From Octopus bimaculoides (taxonomy: Eukaryota): a stretch of 64,000 nt of DNA. The notes under the pieces were generated by a model. That model made no database searches and was not told where the DNA came from. It saw nothing but the letters and a program-made list of their open reading frames with translations. How positions within the stretch are numbered: position 1 is the first letter of the stretch; each line of letters begins with the position of its first letter. A program made the position numbers and the translations under genes. The stretch lies in the NCBI RefSeq assembly GCF_001194135.2, contig NC_068988.1, positions 56,657,558 to 56,721,557 on the forward strand, in the 5' to 3' direction. This document shows positions 50,464 to 63,465 of this stretch, in pieces.

Positions 50464-51019
50464 GTAGGTTTGTTCCTTTGTTTAACGTTAATTTTCTTAA
50501 TGCTAGCCTAGATTTATTTTGAGATAGGATTTTGTGGCTTGATGCTCTTTATGTTGTCAGCCCTTATCTGTTTTTCAAGTAAGGAATCTCATTCCTCGTG
50601 TGTTTAAAAATGCAAAACCGGCCAAACATTTGACTGGGGGAAATCCAGTAACTTTGTCACTTGCAGGTAGCTCAGTTATTCTCAGACAACCACAATTGTA
50701 AATCACATACACCCACTCACATACGACAGGCTTCTTTCAGTTTCTCTCTACTGAATTCACTCATAAAGGTTTGGTTGCCCAAGGATGTAGCAGAAGACCC
50801 TTGCCAAAGGTCCTGTGCAATGAGGCTGAATCCAAAACCATGTGGCGGAGAAGTGAACTTCTTCACCACGCAGTCATGCCTGTATCTATGTTAATAAACA
50901 AATGATGTACTTTTGAAATTTCTATTGTAATGAATTGATTGGGGAAAAAGAAAATGTCATTGAATGCAGTTCTTTGAAGCAAATAACAATGTTGTTGATG
51001 ATAATTATATATCATATCA

Positions 51020-51820
51020 CTTCTAGAATAAGAACGGGCTGGGTAAAGTTCAGACAGTTACTTTTGTTGATAACTAAGGGCTTCTCCCTCAGAGTGAAAG
51101 GCAGATTGTATGATGCTTGTGCATGTACAGCTATGCTACATGGCAGGGAAACATGGGATATGACTACAGAGGACTTGTAAAGCCTTACCCATCCAGCATG
51201 CTCTGCTGGTTGGGTAATGTCAGTCTGCATGTATGACAGAGTGTAAATGATTTAAGAGGAAAACAGTATAAGGGGCATCGAATGTGTGCAAGAGCGAAGA
51301 CTGCACTGGCATGGTCATGTGATGCATATGAGTGAGGACAGCTGCTTACAGAAGTGCTGATCTCTAACTGAAGGGAACTTGTGGAAGAGGTAAACCCAGG
51401 AAGATGCGGGATGAAGTGGTGAGAAAGGATCTTCATATGCTGGGCCTCACTGAGACGACAAGGGACTGGGACTCATGGCAATTTGCTGTAGTTATGAAGA
51501 CAGTAAAATTGTGGCCATCCCTACATATTGGCATGTCCTTTATAGCCATTCCCCACTCCCTCTCGAGACGTCTTTGTCTTGCAGGTGCCAGTGCCATGCA
51601 AAATGCACTTGTGCTGGTGTCATGTAAAATGTACTCCTGCCATTGGCACGTAAAAAGCACCCAGCACACTGTGTGAAGTGGTTGGCATTAGGAAGGGCAT
51701 CCAGCCGTAAAAACTATGCCAAAACAGACAATTGGAGTCTGGACAGCTCTGCAGCTGGTCAGCTCCTGTCAAACCGCCCAACTTGTGCCAGCATGGAAAA
51801 TGGACATGAATGGCGATGAC
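51020..51820 (+). mobile_element. 5'-truncated RTE LINE (RT C-terminus + 3'UTR = family B tail)
   Basis: SRIRTGWVKFRQL...KGFSLRVKGRLYDAC..AMLHGRETW; later GRGKPRKMRDEVVRKDL; ends in the family B tail ~70 nt before the FF1 exon acceptor. Confidence 0.9.
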
Positions 51821-51889
51821 TTCTCTGCCCAAGTGACAGAATTCATTTGAGCTGATTTGAGACTGGTGATTCTTTTCTTTTTTGTTTAG

Positions 51890-52098
51890 GTGTCTGCATT
51901 TTCCACTTGGGAGAAAGAATTACACAAGATTGTGTTCGATACAAGATATTTATTATTGACATCAAAAGAGCGTAAACAGGTGTTTGAGCAATATGTTAAG
52001 GAACGAGCTGAAGAAGAAAGACGGGAGAAACATCGCAAACTGAAGGAGAAAAGGGAATCATTCAGGATGCTGATGGAAGAGGCAAAGTTGCACGGCAA
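51890..52098 (+). CDS. TCERG1: TCERG1 exon: FF1 and start of FF2
   Basis: tttgtttag| [47 protein letters not shown]...EEAKLHG AA|gtaagt; phase 0 to 2. Confidence 0.97.
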
Positions 52099-52499
52099 GT
52101 AAGTGCAGTACATTTGTAGCTTTATATTCCAAGGTATCTTATATCCTACCTTTGTTTATTTAGAGTTTTTCTCTCCTTTTGATGAAATTTCTATATCTGT
52201 GATAGAAATTGCATACACTGTTTTTTAGTTTAACTAATTTTCTTTCCATTGGTTCTTAAGGCATATTGAGGTAAAGTTTCTGTATTGCTGACCATAAGGT
52301 CATTAGTTCAAATCTCACCTTTGTCCATAGAATAGTGCATTTCTTCATCATTTCTGGATTGCATCCTCTTAGTAGGTAAATGATTTATGCCACAATCCCC
52401 TTCATACCAGCAACATTCTGCAGAACAGACATCCGTTTATTTGTCATAGTGCTAACATTATTAATTCCAGTTTTTCTTCATTGGCAAAGAAAAATATCC

Positions 52500-52855
52500 T
52501 TTTATTTGTTTCGGTCATTTGACTGCAGCCATGCTGGGGCACTGCCTTGAAGGATTTTAGTTGAACAAAACGACCCCTACCTTATTTTTAAAACCTCGTA
52601 CTTATTCTATTGGTCTCATTTGCCAAACAGCTAAGTTACAGGGATGTAAACACTCCAAAACCAGTTCTCAAACAGTGATTGAGGAGGGGAACAAACAAAC
52701 ACACACACACAATGGGCTTCTTTCAGTTTCCATCTGTCAAATCCACTTGCAAGGCTATAGTAGAAAACACTTGCTCGAGGTGTCACACAGTGGGACTGAA
52801 CTTGGAACCATGTAGTTGGGAAGCAAGCTTTTTACCACACAGCCATGCCTGCATC
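52500..52855 (-). mobile_element. SINE family A
   Basis: ttgtttcggtcatttgactgcagccatgc...ttttaccacacagccatgcctgca. Confidence 0.87.
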
Positions 52856-53009
52856 TGTATATATTTTAGCAATTTCTCTTACATTTTCCGTTAGTTATGG
52901 CAGAAAAACATCTTTTTCTGTCAGTTGTAGGTGTGATTTGTTGGTGAAACAAAATTTTGGATATTATTTCTAACTTTGTGCTTTTCTTTTGTTTGTTTGT
53001 TTTTTTCAG

Positions 53010-53160
53010 GTCATCTTTCAGTGATTTTGCAGCTAAATATGGTAAAGACGAGCGTTTCAAGGGGATTGAAAAGATGAGAGAGCGTGAATCTATGTTCAGT
53101 GATTATGTATCTGAACTTCGCAAAAAGGAGAAAGAAGAGAAGTCTACCCAGAAAGAGAGG
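53010..53160 (+). CDS. TCERG1: TCERG1 exon: FF2
   Basis: ttttttcag|G: SSFSDFAAKYGKDERFKGIEKMRERESMFSDYVSELRKKEKEEKSTQKER|gtatgt; phase 2 to 0. No downstream FF3 exon found in the window. Confidence 0.96.
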
Positions 53161-56100
53161 GTATGTGTTTAAAGTTGGTGTGTTAGCAGCTGACCTGGTT
53201 ATACATACACATATATATATATATATATATAAATATTATATATATATTTTTTACTTGTTCTTCATTTATATTATTTTATTCTTGTAATTCTTTAATTCCT
53301 CAAATTCCAAAGAGAAACATAATTGCTTGAACAGATAAATTTAATGAATGTTTTAGCCCATCTTTGACTAGGAAACGAGTATACAGAGTATATATATATC
53401 AAAATAATTGTAAAAAAAAAAAAAGAAAGTATGTCTATTATATGAAACAACCTTTGAATTGGCCGATTCCTTGTTTCCTTTCAGCTTCTGCTTGCAGTCT
53501 GGGTTGAAAAAAAAGCCTTTTCTTTTTGTTTTTATTATATATAATCTAATGCTATCTATTGTTTTCAGGAATCTTCTCCAAATAACATTTTTCATGCCTT
53601 CTTGTATTTTCTAAAATGTTATACTCTGTTAGTTCTTATGTTTGACTCCCAGACTCATTTTACCTATAATAATGATGATAATAATAACGATCATTAATCA
53701 TAATGAGCTGAAAGTTGAAGGCTATGTGAACATATATATATATATATTTCTTTTTTTTTTTTTTTTTTTGCTATCTCACCCATGTTTAATGCATTGGATT
53801 TCATTGTTCTACATGTTAAGTGCTTTCACATTAATGATATATATATATATCTTGTATTTCCAATGCAACATACACTTGTGTCTTTTTATAAAATATTTTT
53901 TCTTATTTTTGTATTAAATATTTTGATCACAGATAAGGCAACTGATTCAACCTCTATTAACTGACATTACTTGGTTATATAATAATAATAATAATAAATA
54001 ATAATAATAAATATTGTTGCATGATATGAAATTTTTTAGTTAGACAAGCAATTAGTAAGTCAGTAAAGGTCATTAGTATTTTCAGTAATTGTCACATTTT
54101 TTTCCCCCCCGTGAAATATTAACGGTTTGGAATTCTGTAATATTACTTACTAAATGTGCACTTTATCTTGAGAGTAATAGTAATATAACTATATAATTCA
54201 TCTTTTGTAAATCCCTCATTATGCTATGTACCTGGCAATTTCTCAGTAAAGAACCAATCTACTTCTTAATAAGTGTAACTCATTCCAATAAGCTTTTCAC
54301 TGAAGTAATTTTGTAATTGTTCTCACATTTGTTAAAATTGTAAGTGTTCATAAGAATGTTTGGGTAGATTGCAGTTTGCCAGTCACTAGAGATAAGTTTT
54401 TATTTTTTTAACTTTTCTTTTTGCTTTTTTTTTTACATATAAATATTTTATACATCACATACTTTTAATTAATATTTAAAATTAATTTTTACTAGGTTTT
54501 TAGTTATTTCTGTTTAACTGTTAAATGAGATAAAATATAGCATCTATGATTAATTCATTTCCTTAATTTTTTTTTAATAAGTTTATTAAATTCTAAGTAA
54601 ATGTTTATATTAAGCATAATTTTATAATTAGCTTTATTGAGGAACTGTAAATAAATTAACAATTTTAAAAATATCATTGTAATGAACTTTAAATAAGAAA
54701 GTAATAATTATTATCAGTTTCCTTCTAAATAATTTAAGTGTATTTTATTAGTTAGTAATCTTCATAGTTGTAACTCTCATATGTATATATATATATGTAT
54801 CAACAATAGGTTTAAAACTTGTTAGAGCAGCTGTTCTATCTGTGATGTTGTATTTAACACAAGAGGCTGGTGAACTGCAAGTCAACCCAATTTTTATGAT
54901 GTTCTAACTATTTAAAAAGTGTTTGAGTTTCAATATTTTTCTGATGAATAATTTTATGTCCCTTTCAAAAGAAAGCCTTGCAGTTACAGTCAAGTAAGGC
55001 CCGAGGTTGAATTTGTCGATGTGCAGTCTCAGTTGCATTGAGTTATGGATATTTCGTCAGCCATTCCAGACGAATTGCTCTGGCGCATACATAGCCAATA
55101 GGCTATATCAGTGACTGGTATTTGTTTCTTCTGTATCTTTTGTTTGAATGAACTTTGTTAGGGTTTTTACATGATAATCTAATTGGGGTCATTCCATTCC
55201 ATGTCATAATAACAACAACAATAACTGTTAGAAAATTTTGTAATTTTCACTTTTTAATCTTTTTTTTTAAAAAAAAGGTTCCACATAAATATATAGATAT
55301 TTAGTTAAGTTTTTATTAAAAGTTAATATTAAATGTTAAATTTAATGCCTTATATTTCTATAATTTCTTAATAGTTGTTAGTTTAAAATATTTGCATATG
55401 ATAATAATGTATTAGTCGTGTCAACTTTTAGAATCTTTTATGAATGATATTCCATTTGCATGTAAGTAATTTTGCCATGTTTAATTTTTAGAACTACTTT
55501 TAGCTGTAGTTTACATATTTCACTTGTAATTTCACTTTTAATAGAAACTTCTGCAACTTATTTATAATCAAATTTAAGTAAGAAAATCAAAACTAAATCA
55601 AAGCTCACGAGCCCATTTTCTTTTACAATTGAATTTCTATTATGTGCAATTTTAATATTTTGCATAATTATTCCTTGTGGCTCATATTAAAACTGACAAA
55701 ACCAAACTAATATCAGTTGATGTTACAAAGATATTTAACTTAAAATATTCAGTTGGCACTAAACGGCAATTTCTATTGTTCTCAGTTAACATCTTTTATT
55801 AACATTGACAATTATTTTAAATTAATACAATCTTGCTAAAATAACATTATGTTTTAGTATGTTTTATAGCCTTCAGTTCTGTAATCTCTTTGAATATCTA
55901 AAACTTTGTAGTTAACTAAATAATCATTAAACATATTGATAGTGACTTTTTTTTGTTACTTTTCTTTTTGTGTATGGAATGACCCTGTCATATTAAGTTG
56001 AAGTTTACATATTAAAATTAGTAAACTTGGCTCATTGTGTGCGATTACTGATAATCTTAGTATGTTGGTGTGTGAATGTTTCCACTCTTTATGCCACCAG

Positions 56101-57356
56101 CAGTCTAGAGTCACTTGCAGATAAAAACGAGTGATTCTTGTGAAACCAATATTGGCCTTGTATTTCTCAAGAGATTCATGTGCTGGTTGTTTACTTCTAA
56201 AATGTTCTATACATTCATATCTTATCTCCATGGACTTGATTTTTGTTCAAACCGTAATACTTTTAATTGGGATATCAATATGTCAGCATTGTTAGTGTTT
56301 TTATGAACCACTTAAACGGAAAGGTTTGTCAGACTTGTGAGTTTGATGAGCAGAAAGACCACTATCCTGTGCTGCATGTATGTGTGTTTGTCTATCTATG
56401 CATTGGCATTCACCTACACAGATATGCTCTTGCCCACTAGAAAACAAAACGACACTTTCAGATTTCAGGCTCTGGCTAAAATCTTGAATTCATTTTTTAA
56501 TTTCTTCATAATGGAATTAAAAAAATTTGTTATAAAAAAAAAAAGGTTCTTTCATTTTCGTTTGGTCTCCAGTCATAAATCAGATAGGATGTTTTTAAAA
56601 TTAACTAACAAAGAAGGATTAAACATTAAGATTTTAAGTCTAAAAGAAAAATTGGTTTACCCATAATGTAAACAATTTTATAAATACATATTTGTTTTAC
56701 AAACTGCTCAGTTACAAATGGACTTGGACTTTTCACTTATTTGTACTTCATTTTAAGTTGTAAAATTTGCAAGAGACAAATTGATAATTTTGTTATGGGA
56801 AGAAAATTGATTCATAGCAGCCTGTTAGACATATCTATCTATCTATCTATCTAGATGTATTTCATTTCGATATATTATATCTCAACATTGCTTTCATTTG
56901 CTTAAAACAAGTTCATGGAGAACAGATATGTTATTTCAATTGATTTTATCCATTTCTCCATCCCATGTGTATTTTTTGAAATCTGTTAAATATCATCCTA
57001 CAAACTTATGTGTATATGTTTTAAGATAGACATTTATATCTATCCAGTTTGTGCAGTATTTTTATGGTGTTTGTGTGGGCATCCACCATTTAACTTTTGT
57101 ACTTTGCAAGTGACAAATTCCACATGTATTATTTTAGCTACTGTATCATATGTTTCAGTATGTTTGTTTATATGTTTCACTTAATTATTTGTAGCTAGTA
57201 GTAATGATTGAAATATTTTGACCATTTAAATCTTTAATTCCTAATTATTCAACGTATGGTGAGCTTGTAATTTGATTATTAATTTTATGAATAATAGCTG
57301 TTTCGCAGTAATGCCAATATACTTTACATTCAGACAGTGAAAAATACAATTACTAT

Positions 57357-57932
57357 AATACACATATATACATGCATGCAAATATACATACATGTATGTA
57401 TGTGTGTATGTTTACATGCATGCATATGTATAATGTATGTATGTACATATGCATATATGTACATATATGTATATACATATGTATATGTATGTATTTACAT
57501 ATGTAGGTATGTGTGTATATATATCTGTGTCTGTATATATGTGTATATGCGTACGTATGCATATGTATGTTTGAAAATATGCATGTGTATGTGTGTGCGT
57601 ATTTGCTTATGTATGTGCATATATTTATGTACATGTGTGTATGTGTGTAGATGTTATGCATGTAGTTATGTATGTAGAAGTCTGCATTTATGAATTTTTA
57701 TGTATATATATGTTTGTATGTCTATATTTGTGTGTATATATGTGTGTGTATGTATATGCATATGTATACAAGTTTGTGTGTGTGTTTATGTATATATTTG
57801 TATATATATATGTGTATATTTTTACACATGTATGTATGCTTATATATATGTGTGTGTGTACAGATGTGTGTGTGTATGTATATATATATATGTATATACA
57901 TACACGTGTACATGTGTACATATATATGCATT
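57357..57932. repeat. ~575-bp degenerate alternating purine-pyrimidine (TA/TG/CA) tract
   Basis: Directly visible; source of six overlapping CVYIY-type pseudo-ORFs. Confidence 0.92.
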
Positions 57933-59999
57933 TGGGCTAGGATAATCGCAAACTTTTTTTTTTATATAAGAAAAGAAATTCAATTAAATTGCATTTTATT
58001 TATTTCTACATATAACTCATTGAAGAGTGATTTTATATAATGAAAATGATCAAAAATTATTTTGTACTTGTTATTAGCATACATTTGCAACAAGAACAAC
58101 CGTAAAATTGCATTCCAATCTTTACGGTTTGTAATCACAATCAAATTAAGTACAAATGAGCAAGTTGTAAAATTTCAAATTGATAAAGAGAGTAAAAACA
58201 AAATCTACTACTTTTGATAATGTTGAATTTGATCATATTCCTATGATAATATGCAAAGTATTACCTTGTTTTATTTAAAACTTTCATATATTGAATAGCC
58301 AAAAAAAAGTACATCTAAACTTAACATATGTTGGCATCAAGACTGTTTCACACAATATATATATATACATACAAAAACTAAACTCATAGCTGTTGAGAAA
58401 ACACTAGTAATTTCAAAATTACCCACAATAGAAAATGCTTCTTTTTGTCTATAACTGTAGAAATCTTTGAATCTCATTGAATATTATTATTATTATTATT
58501 TCTTCTACAATTAAAACTTCAACCAAAGCACAGGCCAGAGACAGCTGAGTAAAGCTGAGAGCTGCCAATACTGTAATCATTTTTGTTTTTCAGAAATATT
58601 TTGGCCTTCACTTGGAGTTTAATCAAAAGAAAAAGAAAAGAAAAAAAAAATGAAAACTCTCCTTTTCTTTTGATATTGACATCTTCATATTTTTGGTGTA
58701 ATTTGTATATTGCCAAATTAAAAAATTTTTTTTTGTTTTTTGTTATTTTCTCCCTACATAGATATTGTTAGAAATAGGTAACTTTAAAGTTGATACACGT
58801 GTAACTACAATCTCCTGCTCCTTTTTAAATAGTGAAAGAATGAATGAATATCGAAATATCAAAGTCAATTCATTTTTCTACAAATTTTATCAGATATTAT
58901 TTAGGTTCTTTAAAGTACTTCCTGGGTAGCCTTAGACATTCTGTAAAATTGTGTTATCAGTTTCTTTGTGTTTTCTCTGTTAGTGTCATGTTAGTTAAAC
59001 TTACCTTAGTTTCTTAGGCTTTCTTTGTCAGTATGAAACACGTACACTTCACGGCTTGCAGGTAGATCTGAATATTTTTCAAATGAATATTTAAATGAAA
59101 ACAATAGGGACTCTGTCAGAAACCCTGACACATACACACACAATATCAATGTGTCCTTAAAAATAAAAACAACAGCATTGAATGAAAGAAAACTGTAGAT
59201 AAGTAGTTCTATTTATTAAGCAGCATGACTAATTCTGAAGCTTTATGGAACCCACCTTTCCACAAAAAAGAAAGCTATCTTTGTAGAAATTGAAGTTAAA
59301 GATTAGAGGTGTGTATATACATACACACACATACAATATACTAGTGTGGCCATGGTTCAAGAGTGAGCCACCTCTTATAACACTTTTATAACACTTCTCA
59401 TGCCTTCATGCAATTGTCAAGGCCCGAAGATTGCATGAAGGCACCATGTGTTAAAAAATGCTGAGTTGCTTTCATCACATGAAACTATTAGTAGCTTAAA
59501 AATATATGTTTATTAAATAATACTTAACTCACCAGATGGAATACTTTTTTTGTTGGTCTTACCATCACAGAACAGTACACACATACACACACACACATCA
59601 TTCAGATGCCCTTCCTGTTGTAAACCCTTACCTGTTGTTCAGGCAAAGGAGTTTTCACTCTACCCATCTTTGAAAGTGAAGATCAGTATATATTTACACA
59701 GGAAGGATGTCAACAAGCATCATTGTTCCTAGGGTAGTGTAAACATTAACGTTGACATCCATCAATATACACACTCTCATGGAAAATTCTTGAATTGAAC
59801 CATCAAGGATATCAGAAATTCAAAAATAGACTTTATACAAGTTAAGGATAACTGTAAAGGAAATTAATCATTGCATGTTACAGATTTAATGCTTTTAGTG
59901 TAGAAACTCTGCTTTCTCTAATTCAGTAGCTCTTCAGATGAGCAACTGAATTAGTGAAAGCAAGTTTCTTTGCATGAGCATTGAATCTATACAATAAAA

Positions 60000-60035
<36 letters not shown>

Positions 60036-60300
60036 GAGCCTGGTGTAGCCATCTGGTTTCACCAGTCCTCAGTCAAATCGTCCAACCCATGCTAGTATGG
60101 AAAGCGGGCGTTAAACGACGACGATGATGATGATGATATATATATATGCCAGGCTTTGTACATTTTCTGAACTACCATTCTAGTTCACATTGTATTGGTC
60201 AGTCTGGGTCTATACTGGAAGGCATTTGTCCAAGGTGTCCAACCAATGAAACTGAACCCAACACCTTGTGTTCTAGAAGTGAACATCTTAGCCACACAGC

Positions 60301-60342
<42 letters not shown>

Positions 60343-60843
60343 CATGCACATGATTATAGACATGCATACAGAAGGGAGAGAGAGAGAGATAAAATTTGTT
60401 TTGTGTTTATTTTTCATGTTTGCAAGAATTAGATGAATATATTAGTGAGGCATTGTTCTATGTACAGTTGGTTGCCCTTGCTGTTACTAACCCTTATCTG
60501 CTACTCAAGCTATCTCATGTCACATGAGCCATAAAGCAGGTGGACAATTTGTTGACGAGAAATAACCACCCTTCTTATCCCTGCTGTTGTCAGAAGACAA
60601 ATATTGTTCAGCTACAGTGGTGGTATTGCTAAATGTAGCTGATATATTTTTGTGGTTTTTAACAATCTACATCTATAAGAGGTACTATCCCTGGATGAAT
60701 ATACTACAGTTAATTAAGCTTTTTTTTATGTATCTGCTTTAAGTATGATGCACAAATTGCTACTTGTGTGTGTGAGCAAATATTGGGTCATCCCATAAAC
60801 AATGTGTTTTTTTTTATACTTGCATGTGATCCATGCATGCATG

Positions 60844-60883
<40 letters not shown>

Positions 60884-60904
60884 GCACTGGTGATGATTTC
60901 ACCT

Positions 60905-61085
60905 AAAAAGTACTGGTGTCACATAAAAAGCACACCGTAAAGTGGTTAGCATTAGGAAGGGCATCCAGCTGTAGTAACCTTGCCAAAACAAAAAATGGAA
61001 CATGGTGTAGGTCCTGGCCTTGCCAGCTTCTGTCAAATCATTCAACCCATGCCACCATGGAAAACAGATGTTAAATGTTGATGTG
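60905..61085 (+). mobile_element. Family B 3' end
   Basis: ggtgtcacataaaaagcac...gggcatccagctgtag...ccatgccaccatggaaaacagatgttaaatg. Confidence 0.82.
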
Positions 61086-61093
61086 ATATATAC

Positions 61094-61149
<56 letters not shown>

Positions 61150-62109
61150 ACTCATACACATACATTGAAACATACGCACCAATTTAATGCTATTTCAGTC
61201 TTTGGCAATTCTATTCATTATTAATTATGAACATGAATGGCTTGGAACTGCATAGTGAATTAATTCTATAAAATGGATAAAAAAATAACAGCACTCTACT
61301 TTTTGAATTATATTCAGTACTTTTGTGGTGTGAAAACTGTGTTCTTAAAAAGACATGCTCAAAAATAGATATGTTTATGAATTGTTTCAAACGACTACCT
61401 AATTGTAATGAATTCTCCTGTAAAATGATTTTCCTGTCTGTTGTTAGCATTACCATCACTACTACTACTACTATCAGTTACTCGGTGTTCTTGATTTCAT
61501 TTTGTAATTTTTTTTTTACCTTTTGCTTATAGTCTGAGAAGTTTAACAATCATTGACTTAAAAACAGATATTTCTTTGAAGAAAAATGGTTTAAAAAAAA
61601 TCTCTTCTAATGAAGCAGGTAGGAAATGAATAAATAAGTCTATTTTGTGTAGACTGTTTATAAAATGTTATAAAAAAAAAAGATTTATTATGTTTTTTAT
61701 GGGGATAGAATTTCAGTTTGTTATTTGGTCAATATAGAGTTTTATTGGACAGTTTTTGTCTTCAGTTGCAGACTTATTAGGAAACCGGTTAAGATGTTAG
61801 AAAACTTTTGGTTTTTCTCCTCCACTCTGAACAGCAACGTTTATTGCTATGTTAGTCTGTTCAGTGTTTGATATTTGATAATTAGCAATTTGTATTGTAT
61901 GTCTTTCGATTTCTACTCTATATTAAAGATTTAAAACTGTTGGCCACTACTTGAGAAAGCTGTAAAACAGTACTTCTCATGAGTATGACTTTGCTATTGG
62001 TGGTATTTGGCAGTTGCTTAGGAGCAGTTTGTAAAATAAATTGAATTTCTTTTGATGGGTGGAAATTATAGGAAATTTTATCTGGGTTTTGCTATGTACA
62101 CATACATGA

Positions 62110-62167
<58 letters not shown>

Positions 62168-62172
62168 ATATG

Positions 62173-62401
62173 CATGAGGGGGTGCTGAAAAGTTCCTGGC
62201 TTTGGGTACAAAAAAAAAAATACAGGAGGATCAGTTAATTAATGATTTTATTCAGCATGTTTTTCCCCTCTCAGACTTACACACTTGGTGCAGCAGTCTT
62301 TCAGTTTTTCTAAGCCTTGTAAAAGAACTCTGAAGGTTGAACTTCCAACCAGGCCTTCTGCAATACCCTTAAAGCCAGGAACTTTTCAGCACCCCCTCAT
62401 G
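62173..62401. mobile_element. Mariner-type MITE
   Basis: TIR catgagggggtgctgaaaagttcctggcttt / aaagccaggaacttttcagcaccccctcatg. Confidence 0.88.
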
Positions 62402-62484
62402 TATGTATATATGTACACGTGTGTGTGTGTGTATATATATATATATATGGATGTGTGTGTATATGTATGTATGNNNNNNNNNNA

Positions 62485-62527
<43 letters not shown>

Positions 62528-62566
62528 GTGTGTGTATACATATATGTACGTACATACATATGCATG

Positions 62567-62613
<47 letters not shown>

Positions 62614-63054
62614 ACTAGAGTTTCTATATATTTTACTATATCTTTCATTACTTCAGTTGCTCATTTAAATTGGCAGGTAGTGTCTGTCTGTCTGTGTGTC
62701 TCTGTTTATAGCTTTGCAGTGTCAGCTGTAAACATTGAGACTAAATTTGAATATCAGACATTGATTTGAACTGAGAATTATTTTTTTTATTAATTTATTA
62801 TTTTTTTTCTCTAGTGAATAATTATTAACTAAATGTAGATTTTGGGTCAGATGTGTTTCACTTGTAATTAATGGTAATTGGAGTTATGTGATTATTATAC
62901 ATTCCAACTTCAATTATAGTTTGGATTTGTCTACCTCACTCAAAACATGAATGAGTTCCATTACTTTTTCTGCCCGTTCTACAATGCATGGTATATAGCA
63001 ATTATACCACAAAGAAACAATAATTACAACAGTAATTATTCTTTTATTCCTTTA

Positions 63055-63465
63055 TTCTTTTACTTGTTTCAGTCATCTGACTGCGGCCATGCTGGAACAC
63101 TACCTTGGAGGGTTTTAGTCAAACAAACCGCCCCCAGGACTTATTTCTTAAGCCTAGTACTTATTGTTTGGTCTCTTGTCAAACTGCTAAGTTACAGGGA
63201 CGTAAACAAACCAACAGTAGTTGTCAAGCACTGATGGGAGGACACGGACACACATAGATACACATGCATACACACACACACACATCCACAAACACACACA
63301 CACACGCACACGATGGGCTTATTTCAGGTTCTGTCTACCAAACCCACTCACAAGGCTTTGGCCAACCGAAGGCTATAGTAGAAGACACTTGTCTAAGGTG
63401 CCACACTGTGGGACTGAACCTGGAACCATGTGGTTGGGAAGTAAGCTTCTTACCACACAGCCACC
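63055..63465 (-). mobile_element. SINE family A
   Basis: ttttacttgtttcagtcatctgactgcggccatgc...cttcttaccacacagcc. Confidence 0.88.

Larger units (their letters stand above)
31273..53160 (+). other. TCERG1: Multi-exon gene (partial): transcription elongation regulator 1 (CA150) orthologue, 3 WW + first 2 FF domains
   Basis: 12 exons join in frame with canonical GT-AG and matching phases. Peptides match the TCERG1 architecture as I recall it: ELWVETKTAEGK/SYYYNARTRESAWTKP (WW1), [27 protein letters not shown] (WW2), [27 protein letters not shown] (WW3), [37 protein letters not shown] (FF1). Confidence 0.96.

Noticed and set aside
62657-62676. 20-nt microexon candidate (cttcag|TTGCTCATTTAAATTGGCAG|gtagtg) with in-frame TAA
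   Set aside because: Sits beside a microsatellite and MITE, with weaker signals than 58762; such matches are expected by chance in 64 kb.
1600-63460. SINE heads as tRNA genes; interspersed repeats as CRISPR-like arrays
   Set aside because: Heads are decayed tRNA-like SINE promoters without full cloverleaf; repeats are dispersed, not repeat-spacer arrays, and no cas genes are present.
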